A stretch of DNA of 64,000 nucleotides from Octopus sinensis (taxonomy: Eukaryota). The stretch lies in contig NC_042999.1 of the NCBI RefSeq assembly GCF_006345805.1, forward strand, positions 159,092,001-159,156,000. The letters run 5' to 3'. The notes beneath the pieces were generated by a model. The model saw only the letters and a list, made by a program, of their open reading frames with translations. It had not been told where the DNA came from and made no database searches. The position numbers and the translations under genes were made by a program. How positions within the stretch are numbered: position 1 is the stretch's first letter; each line of letters starts with the position of its first letter. Positions 1 to 13,880 of the stretch are shown piece by piece.

Positions 1-162
1 CTTAAAAGATTAAGAATATTAATTCCTCACGGCCAAAATTAAAAAAAAAGCAATATAAACAAACAGATATAAAGAAGAAAAGGTCAGAATATTTTCAGAT
101 TTAAGGATTTTAACGTTTTTAAGTGTATGTATGCATTATCAGTGATACAGCATTGGCTTCTA

Positions 163-537
163 GGAGGCGCAATGGCCCAGTGGTTAGGGCAGCGGACTCG
201 CGGTCGTAGGATCGCGGTTTCGATTCCCAGACCGGGCGTTGTGAGTGTTTATTGAGCGAAAACACCTAAAGCTCCACGAGGCTCCGGCAGGGTGATCACT
301 GCTGTACTCTTTCACCACAACTTTCTCTCACTCTTACTTCCTGTTTCTGTTGTACCTGTATTTCAAAGGGCCGGCCTTGTCACTCTCTGTGTCACGCTGA
401 ATATCCCCGAGAACTACGGTAAGGGTACACGTGCATGTGGAGTGCTCAGCCACTTACACGTTAATTTCACGAGCAGGCTGTTCCGTTGATCGGATCAACC
501 GGAACCCTCGTCGTCGAACCGACGGAGTGCTTCCTCT
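163..537 (+). mobile_element. tRNA-derived SINE with 10-bp target-site duplication
   Basis: A box tggcccagtggttagg and B box ggtttcgattccc, followed by a non-tRNA body. TSD cattggcttc at 151-160 and 538-547. Confidence 0.85.
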
Positions 538-708
538 CATTGGCTTCGAACATTTTGAGTAGATAGATATATGCTGCTTTCCATTGTAGATAGAAATATA
601 TATCACATCAGAATAGAATCTGTTCTTTTAGCTTTGTACGATAATTAGAAATATTTAATGTATGAAATATTAACATTTTTGTGTGTGCGTGTGTGTTTAT
701 TTGTGTGC

Positions 709-739
<31 letters not shown>

Positions 740-1106
740 TGTGTGTATGTGTGTGTGTGTGTTTGTGCTGATTAGTAATGAGAACGTTTGCAATTTAGTT
801 TTAGTGAACACAAGCATCCAACTTCACAATCAAAGAAAGTATAAGCGATAACTGATGAGTCGTTAGTAAATCTTGTAATTAGTCAAATCAAGATCTTTCA
901 TCTGCTTCAATAAAGAACCAGAGATGTAACTTTGGCATTCCTCTTTTTTTCCACTGCGAAACGGCTAAGCCATTTACTTGTAAACTACTTATGCACACAA
1001 GGTTTCCTGGTGCACAACGGCGTAATGTTATTAGCTTATTCAGATTGCCAGAGGTTACACTTCTCAGCAAATTAAAGAAACTGATTGCATTTTACCCGGG
1101 TTTACA

Positions 1107-1508
1107 TCTTTATATATGAAAGTGAGGTTGTGTGCTGTCTGTCTCCTACGATTTAGATTCCTAACTACTCCCACATTTTGCGGTGCAGTTTAACCAAAAC
1201 CGGCTATCTTATAGTCGTGATTCATATCGAGCCCTTCTGGGTATTAGCGCGCGTCTACGATGAGTCTACGATTTAAAAAAAAATTACCGTCAAATTTTTC
1301 CATTTTTAATGCATTTTTGGCATATATAAGGGAAGTAGCTCTCTAAAAATTTATTATTAAATCTTAGAACGTAAAAAGCTACAGTAACACCCACCTACCC
1401 CCCGTTGTGGTTAGCCATATTGAGATGGCTATTATACTTTACATCTCTAAAAATGCTTATATAGTCATTTCCCTTACAAACCCGAGCAACGCCGGGCGAT
1501 ACTGCTAG
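1107..1508 (+). mobile_element. Non-autonomous Helitron, family A
   Basis: 5' TC, 3' CTAG, subterminal hairpin cccgagcaacgccggg, inserted between A and T. Copies at 19720 and 23351. Confidence 0.85.
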
Positions 1509-1729
1509 TTGAATATAAATACTAATTAACAATTATTCAAAAAATTAAAGACGAGTCCTCATTACTGGCCACTGGAAGGCAAGCAGAATACGATTTAACA
1601 CTAATACCTACTTACACTAAAATATATTCATTTAGTAAAAATAGATGATCAAACGTTTACCCTATATTTCAAATTACACCAGTTCTTTAAGTCTTAGTGT
1701 ATTCAGATGTATTTTTCTTTTTCGTTTCT

Positions 1730-2130
1730 TTTTATATTTTTACTTGTTTCAGTCATTTCACTACGGCCATGCTGGAGCACCGCCTTTTAGTCGAGGAAAT
1801 TGACCCCCAGAACTTATTCTTTGGAAGCCTAGTACTTATTCTCTCGGTTTTTTTTGCCGAGTCGCTAAGTTATGGGGACGTAAACACACCAGCATCGGTT
1901 GTCAAACGATGTTGGGGGGACAAACTCAGATACACAAACATGTACACACATACATATATATATACATATATACGTCGGGATTCTTTCAGTTTCCGTCTAC
2001 CAAATCAACTAGCAAGGCTTTGGTCGGCCCGAGGCTATAGTAGAAGACAGTTGCCCAAGGTGCCACGCAGTGGGACTGAACCGGGAACCATGTGGTTGGT
2101 AAGCAAACTACTTACCACACAGCCACTCCT
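1730..2130 (-). mobile_element. Abundant tRNA-derived SINE (CORE-like domain, internal TA/TG microsatellite)
   Basis: Head ggagtggctgtgtggtaag...ggttcagtccc; CORE-like ccttgggcaagtgtc; tail gaaacaagtaaaa. About 12 copies or fragments in the window. Confidence 0.9.
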
Positions 2131-2246
2131 TCATAAACATCTAAGCAAATAGCATATTCAAGTGCCATTATATATATATATACACCTTTACACGCGTCAA
2201 AAACGCATATACAAATTCATACCTGGCGTGAGCGCACGCACACACA

Positions 2247-2295
<49 letters not shown>

Positions 2296-2663
2296 TATGT
2301 GCATGCATGTGTGTTTTGATATACCGTAACATTCCATGTAACGTTACACCGTTACACCAGTACAGAATTGCATTATTAGATTAAAACATAATCTGATATC
2401 AGCAAACACAATTTCGGTGTTAACTTTATTTTTCTCAGTATATATGCACACACACTAGAACATACGCATGCACATACCTGTGCATATATTCATATATATA
2501 TATACACACACACACGTATGCAAGTATATGTATATGTGTATATATATATATAATATATATATATATAATATATATATATATACATATACATATATATATA
2601 TATATACATATATACATATGGCAATCTCTCTATCTATTGCCACTCTCTCTCTCTCTCTCTGTA

Positions 2664-2723
<60 letters not shown>

Positions 2724-2828
2724 CATGTATGAATGTATGTGTATGCATGCATGTATATGTATATACACGCGTGTATGTTTGTTGATGTGCTTTACTTTGT
2801 GCTAGTTATAATTGTATGCATAATTGGT

Positions 2829-3800
2829 TTAACCAGAAATGCAACATATTAATAAAGTTTTGTCATGTAGCTTGCCGAGCCTGGAACTGAAAAATCCTGG
2901 CAATCTAGAGTCAATAAAATCTTGGAAGGCCTGTTTTACAGCATCGTCAATTTTTTTTTGTATGAAAAAGCTATCGAAATTCTGGAAGGAATGGTAGCCA
3001 GTGGGGGTAAGATCAGGTGAGTGTAGTGGATGATGGAGAACTTCCAACTCCAACTCCCGTAGTTTCACCGATGTCCTTTCTGCGATGTGTTGTCTGTCAG
3101 TTTCTTACAATAAATACTGGATCTAATGATTAATCTATTCTGGTTTTTGTAAGTTTCTGCATCATTTGGTCCAGTTGGCTGCAGTATACTCCGGCCGTGA
3201 TTGATGAGGCAGATTCAATGTAATCATAATGGATGACACTGCGCCAGACCTCCAAACACACACCATCAGCTTCTTTGGATGAATTTTGCTTTTTTGGACT
3301 GTTTTTTAGTGGCTCGTTCTTGTGTAACATTGCGCTGAGCGTTAACAGCTGTTGTATTGCATCCATTTCTCATCACATGTTACAATTCGATTCAAAAATG
3401 ATTCATTTTTGTGACGAGAAAGTAGCATAATGCAGCCTTCCAAACGTTGCTGTTTCTGATTTCCCTTGAGTTCACGTGAAACCCACTTATCCAAATCTTC
3501 ACTTTACCGATTGATTTGAACTAGGTGAGTCAATATTATTTGCTTGCTAACACCAAACAACAACGATAATTCACGTAAGACTGAGGTGGATCTGACTCGA
3601 CGGTGGCTTTTAGTTCACCATTATCCACCTTTATTTCTGGTCGACTGTGTTGCTCATCTTTGAGGTCAAAGTTACCAGAACGAAATTTTCGCAAACCAAT
3701 GTGATACTGTCTGCTGTGTAATAACATTGGAATGAAATACTCCATTAAGAAAGAACCCATATTTCAAAACTGTGCGAATTTCCGAGTTATCGATCTCTAA
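2829..3800 (-). mobile_element. mariner transposase relic
   Basis: KFRSGNFDLKDEQHSRPEIKVDNGELKATVESDP and HPLHSPDLTPTGYHSF (YSPDL motif); multiple frameshifts. Confidence 0.9.
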
Positions 3801-4227
3801 ACAAAATATTTATTCCGAACTTCTGAGCTCTGAGCTCATCTTTCTCCCAAGTCAAATTTTGCCATTCATCATTTCGAGATCGACAAAAAATTATAGCTAT
3901 ACGTTGTGGTAGTTGTTCTTTCTCTTTGCCTTCTGAGTTGAAATCCTGCCACCGCCTGCCTGTGGGTTAACCTTAAGCCGTAATCCAGTCAAACAATCTG
4001 GCTATGTCGGTGCCATGAGACGGTGTCATGGACACTGCCTTTCATCCTGACAAAAAGATATAAAAACAAGACTTGCAAATCATCTGAGCATGTTACAAAC
4101 TGACTGACAGTATCCCATTACAACGTGCTACGATGAAGAAAAGTGAGAAAAGTCACAGGTAAGAGATGAAATAGTTGGGGTGAAGTATAAGCTTAATATG
4201 TAGAAGTCAAACCTATAATTATATATA

Positions 4228-4262
<35 letters not shown>

Positions 4263-4392
4263 ATATATATATATTTGTATGTACGTATTAATGCAACATA
4301 TTAATATATTTGTATGTACGTATTAATGCAACATATTAATAAAGTTTTGCCATTCCTCTGTCTTCCCTTCTCTGGATCTTTCCTTCTCCTAT

Positions 4393-4427
4393 GTTCCCGA
4401 CGAAGAGCTCCGCTCGAAACGTTAAAC
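4393..4427 (+). ncRNA. Minimal hammerhead (slightly mutated) in element 4350-4520, same family as 6533
   Basis: gttc CCGACGA agagctccgctc GAAAC GTT aaac; element 3' end runs into (TA)n. Confidence 0.65.
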
Positions 4428-4537
4428 CTTCCTTCTTTCCTGAGCGTCCAATAATACTATATTTGTTCCACGTCCTCCCGTTATTGTGTTTTTTTTGTGC
4501 TTTCTTGTTTGGATTAACTTTATATATATATATATAC

Positions 4538-5080
4538 TGGCTGTGTAGTAAGTAACTTGCTTTCCAACCACTTGGTTCTGAGTTCAGCCCCACTGAGTGG
4601 CACCGTGACAAGTGTCTTCTGCTATAGTCTCAGGCCGACCAAAGCTTAGTGAGTGAATTTGGTAGACGAAAACTGAAAGACGTCCGTCGTATAATATATA
4701 TATATATATATATATAAAACATTATTGGTGAATTGAAGAAATGGAGCTGAACGCAGATTGAACAGAAATCGTTTTATTTCATTCTACTGCTGTGATTTTT
4801 GCTACTAAGGTATCGGTTAAACTTTTGATTAATCTACTACAAGATTATTCATCTTTCTATTTCACATAATATATATATATATATATACATGTTTGTGTTT
4901 GTCTCCCCAGCATGCTGGTGTGTTTGCGTCCCTGTAACTTAGCGGTTCGGCAAAATTGACTGATAGAATAAGTACTACGATTACATAGGATAAGCCCTGG
5001 GATCGATTTGCTCGACTAAAGGTGGGTGCCCCAGCATGACCACAGTCAAATGACCGAAACAAGTAAAAGAATAAAAGAAT
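4538..5080 (+). mobile_element. Same abundant SINE, interrupted in its internal (TA)n by a PLE-type fragment (4720-4865)
   Basis: 5' half at 4538-4692 and 3' half at 4890-5080 are colinear with the other copies. Confidence 0.85.
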
Positions 5081-5134
5081 ATACATATATCTGTATCTGT
5101 ATCTGTATCTATAACTATATCTATATATATATAT

Positions 5135-5186
<52 letters not shown>

Positions 5187-5918
5187 GTAGGTCCCGGGTT
5201 GAGTCGGGGTTAACCACAGTAAATAAGGTACTCAATACATAGCAGAGTAAATTAATTTATTTTATAGAAGGAGCTTCTACAGGACTAGAACTGTTTCATT
5301 TGAATGAAACAGTTCTAGTCCTGTAGAAGCTCCTTCTATAAAATAAATAAATATATATATATACATATACTAGTCTAAGCTGGCTAAATATGCAATGTAT
5401 TATTTAAATCATATAATAACAAAGATGATTGAAGGTACAGATAAAAATAATAGACTATATCAGTTAAAATGAACTGTTAATATAAAATAATTCTGTAAGG
5501 AATTTAATTTTCTTTCATCACGCTCTATAAATGGAATATAACCGTTCACTATACAACTTTCACTTTGTTTCCATTTCTCTCCGATAATTTTCGCTTTTTC
5601 TTCCACTCCATTGTTTATTGATAATAACTTGTTTTCATTTCAGTGCTTCGGGAATTTCCGTTCTGCAATGGTGCGCGTTCCCATCCAATCTATAAGTAAT
5701 CTTCTAAGTATATAAACACCACACATATGCATACACAATAGGCATGCATACACTTGCAAGATGCACGGATATATAAAATATGCATACATGTGTATGAGGG
5801 GCATACACACCTATATGTGTATGTATAAATATATATGTATGTATGAGAGAGAGAGAGAGAGAGAGAGAGATATGAATGCATATATATGTATGTAAACATA
5901 CGCACATGTATGTGTATG

Positions 5919-5950
<32 letters not shown>

Positions 5951-6172
5951 TTAATCAATATAGGGTGGCAAAAAATTCTACAAAATTTTTTTTTGCCACC
6001 CTATATTGATTAATTATGAATTTTCTGGTTAATTCCGTAATGGAATCGGCGGCTTATATTTATTTGCTGCCGATAAATTTGGCGCGAGTGCGATGATTTG
6101 AAAATTTTAGGTCAGATATTGCCGAGGCAGGGACGGGAATGCCTCGTGAAAAATATCTGTTCCGACTTGGCT

Positions 6173-6279
6173 ATTTCTTACTGATGAATCTAAGGGCCTA
6201 TGGTAGATTGGCTTGATTTAATTTAATCAGGTTAGTTTACCATTAAACAGTAGACGAAACGGTGCATCGTATAAGAAAT
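6173..6279 (+). ncRNA. Type I hammerhead ribozyme with extended stem II, in element 5951-6405
   Basis: Stem I atttctta/taagaaat; CTGATGA; GAAA; stem III cggtgcatcg; GUA cleavage site. Confidence 0.85.
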
Positions 6280-6532
6280 TACAGGGTAAATGTTTTTTAA
6301 TTTTCTCCTGGTTTACGGAATTGATGTTATTTTGCGGTTAAAGCTTTTGGCTGTTATTTCTAGTGGGTGAATGGCCTATTATGGCCGTTCCTTGATTGTG
6401 ATATATATATTTATATATATTACAATATAAAGTTAATCCAAACATGAAAACACAAAGAGAAAACACAACAACGTGAGGACGTGGAACAAGTATAGTATTA
6501 TTGGACGCTCAGGAAAGAAGGAAAGAAGGAGG

Positions 6533-6567
6533 GTTTAACGTTTCGAGCGGAGCTCTTCGTCAGAAAC
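6533..6567 (-). ncRNA. Minimal type I hammerhead in element 6425-6650
   Basis: gttt CTGACGA a gagc-tcc-gctc GAAAC GTT aaac; loopless palindromic stem III (dimer type). Confidence 0.8.
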
Positions 6568-6651
6568 ATAGGAAAAGGAAAGATCCAAAGAAGGGAAGAC
6601 GGAGGGAAAAAATCGCCAACGGTACACACGCGGTCACATTTTGAATTACAA

Positions 6652-7418
6652 TATATATATATATGCATAATACACAGCTGCTACATGTTTGGGAAATTCA
6701 CTCTGTGGGTGTGTTTGTGGAATTGTTAGCTAACTCCTCCTCCATCTTTTTATCGATTTTGATGAAACTTGACACGTGAGTAGACCTTATGTCTAGAAAC
6801 CTCATGGAATACTCAGATTGTTGAAAAAATCGATAATAGAGCCCTTGGAAGGGATCCTTATCTATATCTAATATATTTCATATTAATAGCCAAGGGAAGT
6901 AACCCATTCGCCCAGATTTTAGCAGCCAAAGGAAATAACCTATTCATATTCCTAAATTATTTGGTAAAAATGAAATTGAGTATGCTTATTTCTTACTATT
7001 TGAACTGTTAGAGTTATTTTTGCAATTTATCCAGTACAACCCTTAAACAAGTGAATAGTATTTTCCTAAATAATAGATCCACTTATTTCGGTTAGTGACT
7101 TATTCACGAATGTACCAACACTAGCGTCCCCAAGGATAATATTCTCTGAGAAGGCACAAAAGCCCTTTTCAGAATTATTTTCATATCTGAATGGACTGTT
7201 ATTACGTAACATGTTTCACGATTTTAGCATACATACCTTATTGGGTATTCCTAAAAACAAGGCCCTGTGTAAGACAATTCTGTATTCTCTGTAAATGCAC
7301 AAAAGCCGTTTTAAGAGCTACATACTTTGTATTGTTGTTATTGGATTAGCGAAAGAATTATGAGAACAGAACCAAGGAATAAGCTCTGCTTTCCTGGGAA
7401 TTACCGGGTACGCAGCTA

Positions 7419-7419
<1 letters not shown>
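6652..7419 (+). mobile_element. Non-autonomous Helitron-like element, family B
   Basis: 3' end cctgggaattaccgggtacgcagCTAG^T (imperfect hairpin plus CTAG). 5' boundary is blurred in TA repeats. Confidence 0.6.
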
Positions 7420-7457
<38 letters not shown>

Positions 7458-7481
7458 ATCATAATATATATAGTATATATA

Positions 7482-7519
<38 letters not shown>

Positions 7520-7809
7520 TATGATTTCGGTTAGACATTACGATACTGGCAACCTGCTGTTCGAACTCAACGTATTTATATTTTAAAGGAAAGCATAATT
7601 GAGTTCAGAGCATAATATAAATTGATGAATGACAAACGAACAGGAATCATATACTTCTTTACATTGGGTTACAGCTATTTCTGCGGCAAGAAGCATCGCA
7701 TGAGCATTCAGATGAGTGCTTCTTGGAGCAGAAACAGCTGTAAGCAATGAAAGTAATTATGTAACGCCTGTTTCTTAGTCATTAATTTATATGTATGCAC
7801 ACGCGTAGC

Positions 7810-8050
7810 GGCTGAAATGTTCAAAGATTGACAGAGATATGTGACCAAATGAGGCTTATTTTTCAACATAGTCCTCATCCACACTTTGCGGTCCATGCAC
7901 TTCTTCTATCAGTGTTGGTGTGCTTCGACCTGATTGGTGAAGAAGCTTTGATCCTGTTGGTCAAAATATCCTGAGCTGTTGATATGAGTTCATCATCACA
8001 GCGGTACTGGTTCTCAGCCAAGTATTTTACCATGTTGGGAAACGGACGAT
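7810..8050 (-). mobile_element. mariner C-terminal fragment
   Basis: FPNMVKYLAENQYRCDDEL...FDQQDQSFFTN...KKCMDRK, resembling the RWxKCxxxxGDYVEK end. Confidence 0.7.
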
Positions 8051-8051
8051 A

Positions 8052-8940
8052 ATCCGATGTGAAAATACGAGCAAGGGAAATAATATTATTAAGATTATGA
8101 ACGTGGAAAGTTACAGGACAAGCTATTACACTTGGAAAAGTTTAGGACCAGTTATTACATCTGGTAAAGTACAGAGCAGAAAATGTTTTTACTTAAATTA
8201 TTACAGCTAAAGATAAAATTTTAATATTGAAAATTATGTGATTTTAATTTAAAAAGTAACATTATAATTTAAAACGGTACCATCATTTTGTTAAACTTTT
8301 GACACACTAGAATACTTAAAAAATGAGAGCCAGAAGTATCAATATAGCTAAAGTTTTATGTAATGTAGAATAGTATACATGGTAGGTAAATTAATTATGT
8401 AAAAAATAGAGGAATTGGGTCAAGACTAAATATATGAAGACATAGCAATAACTTAGACAATAACTGAAGCAAATTTTACTGTGAATCTTTTGTTTTGGAT
8501 CGATTTCACAGTAATAAATAATTATTTTGTATTATTCTATTTATTGTACTAGCTAATTATGTACAGTTATAAATTTTTTATAACTTATTTTCAAATTTTT
8601 AATTATTAATTAATATTTTGAAACATGAAACTTTTTAATGTGAAAATTATTTTAAATGGGTTATTCTTCATTTTTTATAGAAGTAACTAGTAATAACAAA
8701 TAAAAGTAACATCTTGTAATAATTTTTTTAGTTTTAATAAAAGCTAATATTTTCTAAATCTAAATATTTTATTTGAAATTTGATCCTTAGCGGCAATATT
8801 TTAAGTAAAAATTTTCTTGTTCTATATTTTACCAGATGTAATAACTTATGAATTTTCCAAGTATAATAATTTGTCCTGTACTTTTCCAGATTTATAATAT
8901 TAAGAATATTATTTCTCTTGCTCGCGTTTTTCCATTAGAT
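8052..8940. mobile_element. Degenerate foldback/MITE with TIRs of about 200 bp or more
   Basis: gaaaatacgagcaagggaaataatatt...ctggtaaa at the left end is the reverse complement of tttaccag...aatattatttctcttgctcgcgtttttcc at the right end. Confidence 0.65.
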
Positions 8941-9054
8941 ATATATATATATAGTATTTAAGAGGAGAATTCAAGTACGTTCAGCAACATATAAATATAT
9001 ATTCAGCTATAAACTGATGTATATTGGTTATTAAAATACATTAATGCATCAGGA

Positions 9055-10338
9055 CTTAAATCTAAACCATCTATCCGGTTAATCTGTCCTACTAAATCAA
9101 ACTTAGGCAAAATTAATAAAACAATTATACACAGAATATAACGTCGAATTAAGGATAATGTAGCCCCCCTCCATTTGGAATTCTACTGGTGATGTAATAA
9201 CAGGGTTTCTTTCCCTGAAGGGCAAACATCATATTAACTTCATTCAATTTGTAATTTCTGATTATTACCCATCAATAACATCCAACCTATTGGGTCAAGC
9301 ATTATCCTTTGCCCGAAACTATGTAGCCATTTCTGCATCTCAAACAGACTTAATCCTGGCAGCTAGAAAAACTATAATCAACTTTAATGATAATAACTGG
9401 ACCCAAAACACAAGCTCTGACTTTTTGATATAACAATGGGCTCTCTTGATTCAGCCCAAATAACGGAGCTTGTGGGATTGTTTCTTCTCTCGCAAATTGA
9501 GCACCACTTTCTAACATCTCCGGTGGTCTCTATAAAGACGATGCACTTATCGCAACCAAAAATTTATCCTGTCCAGAGTTTGAACCCACTAAGAAATATT
9601 TAACAAAATTCCTTAAAAGCTATAATCTAAATATTGTGTTTGGAATGGATAATAAAGTAGACAACTTCTTAGATGTCACATTTAACCTAAATACTAATAT
9701 TCACTATCCATACAGAAAGCCCAACCAAGCCCTTCACTACTTAAATGTTCTCTCTAATCATCCTAGATCAATCTTTAATGGTATGGTACCGGCTATTTCT
9801 ATTAAAATTTCAAACTTATCCGCGAATGAGGAGATATTTAACACTCACGCTCCGTATCAGAACCTAGCTCAAAAATTAAGCGGCTTCAAAAATGAAATAT
9901 TTTTATATCCCTTATACAATACACAAGACCAAAGTTGCCAATGTCTTGACGAGAAATAACTCACAATCTAACACTACGACCTCCTCTTTAGATACACCGA
10001 TAATGTGTATGAAAAAAGAGTTTATGGATAAGGCCCAAATACATAATGTGGCATTTAGGAATTTACATAAATATAAACCGTATAACCCCAACCAACCTGG
10101 TGGGACCAAGCATTCAAAACCTAGAAAACGGGAAACTATATGGTTAGCCCCGCCCTTCTCTCTTAGGGTTAAATCATTACCGAAATTATTCTTTAAAATC
10201 TTGAAGGGACATTTCACAAAGCGTCATAAGTACTATCCTACCTTCAACAAATCCTCTGTAAAACTGTCGTACTTTACTACGCCGAAGTTAGGATCGATCA
10301 TAGGTTTCATTAATAGATCCAAACATAGGCTTAAGTAA
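9055..10338 (+). mobile_element. Penelope-like element RT relic (Neptune-type motifs)
   Basis: RLICPTKSNLGKI; FIQFVISDYYPSI; FDITMGSLDSAQITELVGL; GLYKDDAL; NFLDVTFNL..YRKPN..SNHP; RKRETIWLAPPFS; frameshifted. Confidence 0.9.
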
Positions 10339-10711
10339 TCTACCCACCCAAATCCTTATATTGCACTCCATAACTCAAAAACTTACACTAGTTCTAATGA
10401 ATGTATTACGTCGGTTTGGAGTCTGGAATGGAATAGCTTACCTTATGGGCAGGAAGAAGCTCTTTAATCTTGGGTGGTAATCTACCCAGGAGAAGGAAAT
10501 CTCCAAAATAAAGCCTGAGGCCTTGGAAGTTCCTGGTTTTGTCAATTTTCATGTCACATCGGCGAAAGTCTTCTTGGGCCAATAGGTGGGGCTAGTGCAG
10601 TGCAAGCTACCCGGCTGAAAATTATTCATCTGCACAGGTTCTTCCTGTACAGCAAATCTTAGTAAAAATCATTGAATTGGAGTGTTGGCAGAGACCTAAA
10701 AATGCACTTGT

Positions 10712-10793
<82 letters not shown>

Positions 10794-10827
10794 AAACACG
10801 TGCTTTCACACACCAACTTTCTCACCT

Positions 10828-10859
<32 letters not shown>

Positions 10860-10873
<14 letters not shown>

Positions 10874-11520
10874 ACTGAGAATGTGTGTCTGTCTGTATGT
10901 AAGTATGCATCACTATAACTCAAGAACTACACAAACGATTTCATTAAAATTATACACATTCCTTACTTAGAGTCCATGCAGTGTCATGGGCGAAACAATT
11001 TTCAACTTCTTGCCTAATGCGAGCCCGAAGCATTCTCATATATCTTACATTATTTATTTAACTGTCAATCAGTGAGATATTACACTAAATCAATTGAAGA
11101 TCAGACAACAGACTCAGTAGTTGTCAATTTGTATTCTATCATTTGTAAATTCAACACAAGAAAGTCTCTTTTTCAAGTATGGACTGTATTAAACACACAC
11201 ACACACACAGAGTTCTACACATATGTTTTGATTTTTGGAAAATACAACATTGAACAAAGGATATTCTAATATTTGAATGAAACCATTTCACTTTAATTTG
11301 TGGAACCAGTTGCTCCTGTATGATAAAACTTAATATTTATTTAAACAGTGAGATATTAGACTAAATCAATTGAAGATCAGACAACAGACTCAGTAGTATT
11401 CTGTCATTTGCAACTTCAACACAAGAAAGTCTCTATTTCAAGTATGGACTTTATGAAATTTTACTCATCATACATTGAAGGACAAATCTTTCAATTTACA
11501 ATTTAATATAATGGAGCATT
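10860..11520 (+). mobile_element. Probable Helitron-like 5' fragment with a 276-bp-period internal duplication
   Basis: tatatataactgagaatgtgtgtctgtctg start resembles the other Helitron 5' ends; repeat at 11071 and 11347; no CTAG end seen. Confidence 0.4.
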
Positions 11521-11527
11521 TAGTATA

Positions 11528-11614
<87 letters not shown>

Positions 11615-13300
11615 CCTATTATATACGTTATATTATTTTTGTAATTTACTTAATCTTTACTTTTTAATTGTTATTTTAATTTTAACTTTTCTATGATATG
11701 TAATTTTCTAGATGGTGTAATTAAATTATTCATTTTGAATTGATAAAATGTGGGTTTTTTCTAATATTTGATATATATGTATGTATATATATAGTGGTAA
11801 TAATATCAACACAATTATTTCTCCTTTCTCTTTTTTTCCTCTTCTCCTTTCTTCCCTTCTCCAAACTCACACACACACACACAGACACACACACACACAC
11901 CTCCACGAAACAATCATAAAAAGAATTCTTCTCTAAACCCTAAAAACTATTTGACCATCCCTCATTAAACACACATACACACTCTCACAATGATAAAAAG
12001 AAATATAATTTATGGCCTACCTCCCCTCCACCACACACTCAATAACACTATGAAATGGTCAAAACTGAATATTCTTTTTCCCCAAGATCTTAGACCACCC
12101 CTTGGAGTAAGCATGCTGTCCAGCAGAGCAAAAAATTATTTTCTTCTTCTTCCCTCTCCCTTCCCCTCTTTTTCTTTAGCACCCAATCCAAATACAAAAA
12201 AAACACTCACACGCACGCACGCACACACACACACATACTCTCTCTCTCTCTCTCACTTTCTCCTCATCCATCACCCTCTTGTACAAACTCGATACCACTA
12301 TAAAATGGTCAAAACTTTTCACACAGGAACTTAGTTTGATTTGAAAATCCCACTAGAATGGGAGAAAGCGCTAATACATGATCTAAGTTATATGATGTAT
12401 AAAAAATGTAATATACGAATAAATATCTGTAAATATAAACCATCCGATTTTCTGAGTACCTCATTTCTTCTAATATAAAATACCTGTACATCATCTCCAA
12501 ACCTTCCTATAGATATAGATATATATATATATGTGCTTATATATATGTTTATATCTATATCTATATATATATATATATATATATTTGAATATATATAATT
12601 TATATATACAAAATAGACACAAATGAGCGTGTATATACATGAATGCATGTAACATACATGAGTGTGTATGCGTTTTTATGTGTTAATGTATGTAAATATC
12701 TATATACCTGTGTAGATACATATGGGTGTATACATCTTCACAGATATAAATTCTTCAATTCTTCTACTATTCCCTATTTTTCATTCCACCTCAGTTACAC
12801 TACCCTTACCTTCTCTCTATACTTTTTATACCCATTCCGTTAAGCTCTATCACAACATACCTCACACTTTTTCACTTTTTACCCTCTTATCTCTTCCTCT
12901 CACTCTCCCCCTCATCTTTCCATTCTTCCTATCATTTTATCCTGACCACAAGCTAGCACACCTTCTCTTCCTTCATGTTTTTATTGTCTCTCTCCCTTTT
13001 TATTCTTACTTTCTTCCTGTGTTTCATTTGACCTTACAGACACATTCCCAACTTTTAAGTCACTTCAAAAAACCCTCGATCGAATAACACCGTTTACAAG
13101 ACTCTATGCTTGGAGTGACCAATTATAAACACAATTGGAACTCACACACAAGGTACAGGAAACATATATACACCATACTGCTTAAATAATGGAAATGTAG
13201 ATACAATATCCCTACGTATCTCACGTCTGGTTTTCATACCTCTACTTCTCTCTGTAGTTTATGTCTTCTCTATAATAAGTATTAAACATTTTCTCGCACT

Positions 13301-13348
13301 GCCTCTGATGAAGGGATGTATAAAATATCCCGGAAACAGCTATAAGGC
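13301..13348 (+). ncRNA. Hammerhead near the 3' end of a degenerate PLE-like region (about 11790-13400)
   Basis: gcct CTGATGA a gggat..atccc g GAAA cagct ATA aggc; one mismatch in stem III. Confidence 0.7.
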
Positions 13349-13449
13349 CTTCTTACTATAAATGTTCTGAAAACTATTCACAGCCTTGGATTTTTATCTC
13401 AAGATATATATATATATACAAACACACACACACACACACACACACACCA

Positions 13450-13533
<84 letters not shown>

Positions 13534-13793
13534 TTGAATGAATTATCCTAGTATGGATAATTCGATTAACCGATACCCGGGCAGCAAATTCACGTAAGAA
13601 AACACGGTTGAAGCTACATGCCAAGGGCAGAGATCACGTACTTTCGTGTGGAAATTTGTGTGTTTTTTTTTACTATAAATAAATGAAAGAATGGAGTTGA
13701 ACGACGATTTAACAAAATTCCTTTATTAATAAATTAATAATTTTGTTAAATCGTCGTTCACCTCCATTCTTTCATTTATATATATATATATAT

Positions 13794-13837
<44 letters not shown>

Positions 13838-13880
13838 ATGTGTGTGTGTGTGTGTGTGTATTTATATATAAACATATATA

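Noticed and set aside
163-240. tRNA gene
   Set aside because: The tRNA-like head continues into a 300-bp body flanked by a TSD, so it is a SINE.
888-1070. Possible Helitron Rep motif (QWKKRGMPKLHLW vs EWQKRGLPHAH)
   Set aside because: The HUH histidines are not intact and no other Rep motifs are convincing; too weak to call.
5616-5690. Alternative candidate terminal exon on the minus strand
   Set aside because: Short frame with no recognisable similarity.
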